Origin: Octopus vulgaris
Lineage: Eukaryota
Reading direction: 5' to 3'
DNA: 64,000 nucleotides
Assembly: GCA_951406725.2 (NCBI GenBank)
Contig: OX597841.1
Coordinates: 25,792,001-25,856,000 of the forward strand
Made by a program: the position numbers and the translations under genes. The notes under the pieces are model-generated. The model ran no database searches. It was given only the letters and a program-made list of their open reading frames with translations, and had not been told where the DNA came from. This document shows positions 55,377-64,000 of the stretch, piece after piece. Position 1 is the stretch's first letter; each line of letters starts with the position of its first letter.

Positions 55377-55499
55377 GTGAGTAGACAACCTTCTTCTATC
55401 ATACAATTTGGGTTTGTCCTTTATCGATAGTTAAATGGTCAAGCAGTGGGTGGGTCACTTTTTGCTCGTGGGTGACAAGGTGATATTATTTTTTTTTTT

Positions 55500-55898
55500 T
55501 ACTTGTTTCAGTCATTTTGACTGCGGCCATGCTGGAGCACCGCCTTTAATCGGGCAACTCGATCCCGGGACTTATTCGTTGCAAGCCCAGTACTTAGTCT
55601 ATCGGTCTCTTTTGCCGAACCGCTAAGTGATGGGGACATAAACACACCGGCATCGGTTGTCAAGCAATGCTAGGGGGACAAACACAGACAGACAAACACA
55701 TACACACACATACATATATATATATACATATATACGACGGGCTTCTTTCAGTTTCCGTCTACCAAATCCACTCACAAGGCTTTGGTCGGCCCGAGGCTAT
55801 AGTAGAAGACACTTGTCCAAGGTGCCACGCAGTGGGACTGAACCCGGAATCATGTGGTTGGTAAACAAGCTACTTACCACACAGCCACTCCTGCACCT
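55500..55898 (-). mobile_element. SINE family A, full length
   Basis: Reverse complement of 54684-55095. Confidence 0.88.
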
Positions 55899-56007
55899 GA
55901 ATACCTCACTGCCACTCCTACGCCTATATTTATGTACACACACTCCTGTATGTATACATTAAATGTTTATGTATACATGCTCCTGTGTGTATACATAAAT
56001 ATTTGAG

Positions 56008-56330
56008 AAGGTGCGTGGCTGAGTGGTCAGGATGTTCAGTTTACGATCATAAAACTGTAAGTTCAATTCCCGGCGATGCCTTGTGTCCTTGAGCAAGACA
56101 CTTTATTATTTCACCTTGCTGCAGTCCACTCAGCTGGCAAAAATGAATTGTACCTGTAATTACAAAGGGGTCAGCCTTGACAAATTCTATATCACTTTGT
56201 ATCTCCTTGAGAACTATGCTCAGGGTACATGTGTCTGTGGTGTACTCAGCCACTTGCACGTTAATTTCACGAGCAGGCTGTTCCGTTGATTGGATCAACT
56301 GGAACCCTCGTCATCATAACCGACGGAGTG
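56008..56330 (+). mobile_element. SINE family D, parent of the adjacent satellite
   Basis: GTGGCTGAGTGG A box, GTTCAATTCCC B box, GTGTCCTTGAGCAAGACAC; 3' body ending TAACCGACGGAGTG. Confidence 0.85.
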
Positions 56331-59300
56331 CCATGGCTGAGTGGTCGGGATATTCAGTTCAGGCTGTGTTATGCTGAATCTCCCTGAGAACTTCATTAAG
56401 GGTACATGTCTGTGGAGTACTCAGCCACTTGCATATTAATTTCACGAGCAGGCTATTCCGTTGATTGGATCAACTGGAACCCTCGTCATCATAACCGACG
56501 GAGTGCCATGGCTGAGTGGTCGGGATATTCAGTTCAGGCTGTGTTATGCTGAATCTCCCTGAGAACTTCATTAAGGGTACATGTCTGTGGAGTACTCAGC
56601 CACTTGCATGTTAATATCAGGAGCAAGCTATTCCATTGATTGGATCGACTGGAAGCCTTTTCATTGTAACCGACGGAGTGCCATGGCTGAGTGGTCGGGA
56701 TACTCAGTTCAGGCTGTGTTATGCTGAATCTCCCTGAGAACTTCATTAAGGGTACATGTCTGTGGAGTACTCAGCCACTTGCATGTTAATATCAGGAGCA
56801 AGCTATTCCATTGATTGGATCGACTGGAAGCCTTGTCATTGTAACCGACGGAGTGCCATGGCTGAGTGGTCGGGATACTCAGTTCAGGCTGTGTTATGCT
56901 GAATCTCCCTGAGAACTTCATTAAGGGTACATGTCTGTGGAGTACTCAGCCACTTGCATGTTAATATCAGGAGCAAGCTATTCCATTGATTGGATCGACT
57001 GGAAGCCTTGTCATTGTAACCGACGGAGTGCCATGGCTGAGTGGTCGGGATATTCAGTTCGGGCTGTGTTATGCTGAATCTCCCTGAGAACTTCATTAAG
57101 GGTACATGTATGTGGAGTACTCAGCCACTTGCATGTTAATATCAGGAGCAAGCTATTCCATTGATTGGATCGACTGGAAGCCTTGTCATTGTAACCGACG
57201 GAGTGCCATGGCTGAGTGGTCGGGATATTCAGTTCAGGCTGTGTTATGCTGAATCTCCCTGAGAACTTCATTAAGGGTACATGTCTGTGGAGTACTCAGC
57301 CACTTGCATGTTAATATCAGGAGCAAGCTATTCCAGTGATTGGATCGACTGGAAGCCTTGTCATTGTAACCGACGGAGTGCCATGGCTGAGTGGTCGGGA
57401 TATTCAGTTCAGGCTGTGTTATGCTGAATCTCCCTGAGAACTTCATTAAGGGTACATGTCTGTGGAGTACTCAGCCACTTGCATGTTAATATCAGGAGCA
57501 AGCTATTCCAGTGATTGGATCGACTGGAAGCCTTGTCATTGTAACCGACGGAGTGCCATGGCTGAGTGGTCGGGATATTCAGTTCAGGCTGTGTTATGCT
57601 GAATCTCCCTGAGAACTTCATTAAGGATACATGTCTGTGGAGTACTCAGCCACTTGCATGTTAACATCAGGAGCAAGCTATTCCAGTGATTGGATCGACT
57701 GGAAGCCTTGTCATTGTAACCGACGGAGTGCCATGGCTGAGTGGTCGGGATATTCAGTTCAGGCTGTGTTATGCTGAATCTCCCTGAGAACTTCATTAAG
57801 GATACATGTCTGTGGAGTACTCAGCCACTTGCATGTTAATATCAGGAGCAAGCTATTCCAGTGATTGGATCGACTGGAAGCCTTGTCATTGTAACCGACG
57901 GAGTGCCATGGCTGAGTGGTCGGGATATTCAGTTCAGGCTGTGTTATGCTGAATCTCCCTGAGAACTTCATTAAGGGTACATGTCTGTGGAGTACTCAGC
58001 CACTTGCATGTTAATATCAGGAGCAAGCTATTCCATTGATTGGATCGACTGGAAGCCTTGTCATTGTAACCGATGGAGTGCCATGGCTGAGTGGTCGGGA
58101 TATTCAGTTCGGGCTGTGTTATGCTGAATCTCCCTGAGGACTTCATTAAGGGTACATGTCTGTGGAGTACTCAGCCACTTGCATGTTAATATCAGGAGCA
58201 AGCTATTCCATTGATTGGATCGACTGGAAGCCTTGTCATTGTAACCGACGGAGTGCCATGGCTGAGTGGTCGGGATACTCAGTTCAGGCAGTGTTATGCT
58301 GAATCTCCCTGAGAACTTCATTAAGGGTACATGTCTGTGGAGTACTCAGCCACTTGCATGTTAATATCAGGAGCAAGCTATTCCATTGATTGGATCGACT
58401 GGAAGCCTTGTCATTGTAACCGATGGAGTGCCATGGCTGAGTGGTCGGGATATTCAGTTCGGGCTGTGTTATGCTGAATCTCCCTGAGAACTTCATTAAG
58501 GGTACATGTCTGTGGAGTACTCAGCCACTTGCATGTTAATATTAGGAGCAAGCTATTCCAGTGATTGGATCGACTGGAAGCCTTGTCATTGTAACCGACG
58601 GAGTGCCATGGCTGAGTTGTCGATTTATTCAGTTCAGGCTGTGTTATGCTGAATCTCCCTGAGAACTTCATTAAGGGTACATGTCTGTGGAGTACTCAGC
58701 CACTTGCATGTTAATATTAGGAGCAAGCTATTCCAGTGATTGGATCGACTGGAAGCCTTGTCATCATAACCGACGGAGTGCCATGGCTGAGTTGTCGGGA
58801 TATTCAGTTCAGGCTGTGTTATGCTGAATCTCCCTGAGAACTTCATTAAGGATACATGTATGTGGAGTACTCAGCCACTTGCATGTTAATATCAGGAGCA
58901 AGCTATTCCAGTGATTGGATCGACTGGAAGCCTTGTCATTGTAACCGACGGAGTGTCATGGCTGAGTGGTCGGGATATTCAGTTCGGGCTGTGTTATGCT
59001 GAATCTCCCTGAGAACTTCATTAAGGGTACATGTCTGTGGAGTACTCAGCCACTTGCATGTTAATATTAGGAGCAAGCTATTCCAGTGATTGGATCGACT
59101 GGAAGCCTTGTCATTGTAACCGACGGAGTGCCATGGCTGAGTGGTCGGGATATTCAGTTCGGGCTGTGTTATGCTGAATCTCCCTGAGAACATCATTAAG
59201 GATACATGTATGTGGAGTACTCAGCCACTTGCATGTTAATATCAGGAGCAAGCTATTCCAGTGATGGATCGACTGGAAGCCTTGTCATTGTAACCGACGG

Positions 59301-60880
59301 AGTGCCATGGCTGAGTGGTCGGGATATTCAGTTCAGGCTGTGTTATGCTGAATCTCCCTGAGAACATCATTAAGGATACATGTATGTGGAGTACTCAGCC
59401 ACTTGCATGTTAATATCAGGAGCAAGCTATTCCAGTGATTGGATCGACTGGAAGCCTTGTCATTGTAACCGACGGAGTGCCATGGCTGAGTGGTCGGGAT
59501 ATTCAGTTCGGGCTGTGTTATGCTGAATCTCCCTGAGAACTTCATTAAGGGTACATGTCTGTGGAGTACTCAGCCACTTGCATGTTAATATTAGGAGCAA
59601 GCTATTCCAGTGATTGGATCGACTGGAAGCCTTGTCATTGTAACCGACGGAGTGTCATGGCTGAGTGGTCGGGATATTCAGTTCAGGCTGTGTTATGCTG
59701 AATCTCCCTGAGAACTTCATTAAGGGTACATGTCTGTGGAGTACTCAGCCACTTGCATGTTAATATTAGGAGCAAGCTATTCCAGTGATTGGATCGACTG
59801 GAAGCCTTGTCATTGTAACCGACGGAGTGCCATGGCTGAGTGGTCGGGATATTCAGTTCGGGCTGTGTTATGCTGAATCTCCCTGAGAACTTCATTAAGG
59901 GTACATGTCTGTGGAGTACTCAGCCACTTGCATGTTAATATTAGGAGCAAGCTATTCCAGTGATTGGATCGACTGGAAGCCTTGTCATTGTAACCGACGG
60001 AGTGCCATGGCTGAGTGGTCGGGATATTCAGTTCGGGCTGTGTTATGCTGAATCTCCCTGAGAACTTCATTAAGGGTACATGTCTGTGGAGTACTCAGCC
60101 ACTTGCATGTTAATATCAGAAGCAAGCTATTCCATTGATCAGATCGACTGGAAGCCTTGTCATTGTAACCGACGGAGTGTCATGGCTGAGTTGTCGGGAT
60201 ATTCAGTTCAGGCTGTGTTATGCTGAATCTCCCTGAGAACTTCATTAAGGGTACATGTCTGTGGAGTACTCAGCCACTTGCATGTTAATATCAGGAGCAA
60301 GCTATTCCATTGATCGGATCGACTGGAAGCCTTATCATTGTAACCGACGGAGTGTCATGGCTGAGTGGTCGGGATACTCAGTTCGGGCTGTGTTATGCTG
60401 AATCTCCCTGAGAACTTCATTAAGGGTACATGTCTGTGGAGTACTCAGCCACTTGCATGTTAATATCAGAAGCAAGCTATTCCATTGATCGGATCGACTG
60501 GAAGCCTTGTCATTGTAACCGACGGAGTGCCATGGCTGAGTGGTCGGGATATTCAGTTCAGGCTGTGTTATGCTGAATCTCCCTGAGAACATCATTAAGG
60601 ATACATGTATGTGGAGTACTCAGCCACTTGCATGTTAATATCAGGAGCAAGCTATTCCAGTGATTGGATCGACTGGAAGCCTTGTCATTGTAACCGACGG
60701 AGTGCCATGGCTGAGTGGTCGGGATACTCAGTTCGGGCTGTGTTATGCTGAATCTCCCTGAGAACTTCATTAAGGATACATGTCTGTGGAGTACTCAGCC
60801 ACTTGCATGTTAATATCAGAAGCAAGCTATTCCAGTGATCGGATCGACTGGAAGCCTTGTCATTGTAACCGACGGAACGC
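56331..60880 (+). repeat. 175-bp satellite, ~26 monomers, SINE-derived
   Basis: 175-bp periodicity (ORF track repeats at 56534, 56709, 56884...). Each monomer is the SINE A-box segment fused to the SINE 3' body. Confidence 0.95.
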
Positions 60881-61470
60881 CAATCTCGTCATCGCTTTAT
60901 CTTTTGACCTTCTCTGTCGGCATAGCTTGAAACGTATCGACAGGGGCCTAATGAGTACTGAGGACAGCATTATACTTTCCCTTTGACATCTCTCTCTCTC
61001 TCTGTTTTTGGCTTGGTTCCATTCTCCAGCAGGACCCCCCACACCCCCAACCTTTTCTAACATCATACAGGAAGGAGTATATCACCATAAGAGAGTTGAG
61101 AGTTGCTGAGAGTTGCTGAAGCGTGGAACAAACTGCCGGCATCGGTTGTTAGTTGTCGGAGCACTGCATCCTTCAAAACTTCCATGCTTCCTGAGATTTG
61201 CCAACACTACACCTGATTTTCTCTCCTCCATACACACACAAGCATGTTCACTTTCCAGACATTTCTACATTACTGCATGTACTTTATATGCACTTTCTGA
61301 CAAGTTGTGGTGCACCTGAGCACTGTATACAATAATTTCATTATTATATTATTATTATTATAATCACCCATAAATGAAGAGTGTCTCCATCCCCTGGCAT
61401 AGAATCCCCACATGACTGGTTAAATTTTGTGCATGCTTATAATGCCTTTTGTCTTTTGTTCTTTTTCCAG

Positions 61471-61514
61471 AACCGAACGACTGTGGAGAATGTATTATTA
61501 ACACCTGTCGTTGA
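61471..61514 (+). CDS. ZDHHC21: ZDHHC21-like, coding exon 6 (TTxE motif)
   Basis: Strong acceptor TCTTTTGTTCTTTTTCCAG; NRTTVENVLLTPVV(E/D); donor GTGAGT, phase 0-2. The TTxE motif follows TM4 as in DHHC proteins. Confidence 0.85.
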
Positions 61515-61909
61515 GTGAGTACATGTTTATATTTTATCTTACCTGTTTCTTATGATAACCCTGTAGGCACAGGTGTTGTTGAAGTGCTTGTTTCCCAGTT
61601 GTGTGATTTGGGGTGTAGGGAAAAACTGAGCCTGTATCATTCACATTATTGTTGCCCTTTTGATGCAAATTGAACAAAAGAAGTGTATTGTTTGTTTATA
61701 TATAACATGCAGTTATATAATCAAATACTCTTAGATACAGAATGAAAATGAAGCAGAGCAAGCCAATATAATATATTTAAAAGCAATATGTAAATTTACC
61801 ATTACTAAACCAATAAGCACACTTACATAATTGTTTCCTTCCCTCTCGAATTTGTTTCCTCATAACTTCTAGAAAATGGATAGTTTCTAATGAAATTTTC
61901 TACACAAAT

Positions 61910-62613
61910 GCTTCAGATCATGTAGGTTCCAATTAAATCGATCAATGGAAATTGCAGCTGAGTTACCAGTGCCAGTGGCACGTAAGAGAACCATCTGAAC
62001 GTGGCCGTTGCCAGCGCCGCCCCGACTGGCCTCGTGCTGGTGACACGTAGAAAGCACCATCCGTTTGTGGCCCTTGCCAGCGCCGCCTCGACTGGCCTCA
62101 ACCGGTGGCACGTAAAAAGCACTATCCGTTCATGGCCGTTGCCAGCGCCGCCCCGACTGGCCTCGTGCTGGTGACACGTAGAAAGCACCATCCGTTTGTG
62201 GCCCTTGCCAGCGCCGCCTCGACTGGCCTCGACCGGTGGCACGTAAAAAGCACCATCCGTTCGTGGCCGTTGCCAGCGCCGCCCCGACTGGCCTCGTGCC
62301 GGTGACACGTAGAAACCACCATCCGTTTGTGGCCCTTGCCAGCGCCGCCCCGACTGGCCTTGACCGGTGGAACGTAAAAAGCACCATCCGACCGTGGCCG
62401 TTTGCCAGACTTGTCTTGCACCTGTGCCGGTGGCACGTAAAAAGCACCCACTACACTCATGGAGTGGTTGGCGTTAGGAAGGGCATCCAGTCGTAGAAAC
62501 ATTGCCAGATCAGACTGGTCCTGGTGCAGCCTTCTGGCTTCCCAGACCCCAGTTGGACCGTCCAACCTGTGCTTGCATGGAAAGTGGACTCTAAACGATG
62601 ATGATGATGATGA

Positions 62614-62617
<4 letters not shown>
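61910..62617 (+). mobile_element. Retroposon family E with an internal ~60-bp VNTR
   Basis: Repeats of GCACCATCCGTT...TTGCCAGCGCCGCC; (GAT)n tail. Confidence 0.8.
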
Positions 62618-62689
<72 letters not shown>

Positions 62690-62963
62690 GTACATGGTTG
62701 TGTGGTAAGTAGTTTGCTTCTCAACCACTTGGCCCCTTGAGCAAGTGTCTTCTACTACATCCTTGGGATGACCAAAGCCTTGTGAATGGATTTGGTAAAT
62801 TATGGGGATGCAAAGGAGGTGCTCCAGCTTGGCCACAGTCAAATGACTGAAACAAATAAACAAATAAAAGTGTGTGTGTATATGTGTAAATGTATATGAA
62901 TGTACGTAAACACATAGGTGTGTGTTTTTACACACATATATATATATATATACACATACACAT

Positions 62964-63375
62964 AGGTGCAGGAATGGCTGTGTGGTAAGTAGCTTGCTAA
63001 CCAACCACATGGTTCTGGGTTCAGTCCCACTGCGTGGCATCTTGGGCAAGTGTCTTCTGCTATAGCCCCGGGCCGACCAATGCCTTGTGAGTGGATTTGG
63101 TAGACGGAAACTGAAAGAAGCCTGTCGTATATATGTATATATATACATATATGTGTGTGTGTGTTTGTGTGTCTGTGTTTGTCCCCCTAGCATTGCTTGA
63201 CAACCGATGCTGGTGTGTTTACGTCCCCGTCACTTAGCGGTTCGGCAAAAAGAGACTGATAGAATAAGTACTGGGCTTACAAAGAATAAGTCCCGGGGTC
63301 GATTTGCTCGACTAAAAGGCGGTGCTCCAGCATGGCCACAGTCAAATGACTGAAACAAGTAAAAGAGTAAAGAGT
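62964..63375 (+). mobile_element. SINE family A, full length
   Basis: Matches 54684-55108. Confidence 0.88.
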
Positions 63376-63618
63376 AATATATACACACATACACACACCC
63401 ATATATACAAGCATGTATTGTGTTTTCATCTGTCTACTGGTTCTGTGTGGCAGGCAGAAAGGGTTTGAATCAGAGCTATTCAACTGTGACCTTCCGTTTC
63501 AGTGAAATGAACTCATGCGGAACGCAGCTTCACTCTTCCTGCTCCCTCATTCCCTATATTTTTTTTTTACCCTCCACTTCCACCCCACTGTCTCTGTGAG
63601 CTCCTGTGTCTGTCTGTC

Positions 63619-63691
<73 letters not shown>

Positions 63692-63783
63692 GACATATAT
63701 TTATATATATATATATAGACAGACATATATTTATATATATATATATAGACAGACATATATTTATATATATATAGACAGACATA

Positions 63784-63835
<52 letters not shown>

Positions 63836-64000
63836 CATATATATATATATGTATATATACATACGTGTATATATACATATATATGCACATTCACACATAT
63901 CCATATACATGCATACATACATACACACTCATTGACATATATTTACTGACACATGCGCACACATACTCATACATTCACATACATGCATATACACATATAT

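Noticed and set aside
56331-60880. CRISPR-like array or tandem 70-aa gene family (MKFSGRFSITQPEL...)
   Set aside because: Monomers are near-identical over their full length with no unique spacers. The ORFs are antisense reads of a SINE-derived satellite, and there are no cas genes.
60881-61360. Additional exon or gene downstream of the satellite
   Set aside because: It ends in an AATAA plus (ATT)n-like tail resembling a retroposon 3' fragment. Exons 5 and 6 already join in frame without it, and the family could not be assigned.

Overview
Eukaryotic, extremely repeat-rich DNA with dense (TA)n/(CA)n/(GATA)n/(CATA)n microsatellites and many SINE, LINE and MITE copies. The repeat landscape suggests a coleoid cephalopod, most likely an octopus (inference). 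Almost all ORFs in the supplied track are microsatellite or TE artefacts. One real protein-coding gene can be assembled by hand on the + strand: a ZDHHC21-like palmitoyltransferase with six phase-compatible GT-AG exons (38988-39249, 41928-42032, 51723-51834, 53264-53402, 55260-55376, 61471-61514; 3' end unresolved). All zinc-ligand positions are retained, but the catalytic DHHC motif reads DFHY. It is therefore a candidate pseudo-enzyme, and its Tyr codon (TAC) is one A-to-I edit from Cys. Other highlights: a 3-kb foldback transposon with 1.3-kb arms and an 8-bp TSD in a four-level nest; two tandem arrays of RTE-LINE 3' ends sharing the same junction, one bounded by a single TSD; a ~26-copy 175-bp satellite born from a SINE; Penelope-type minimal hammerhead ribozymes; a 5'-truncated tRNA-Gly(TCC) captured in a minisatellite; and an assembly gap at 28718-28817.
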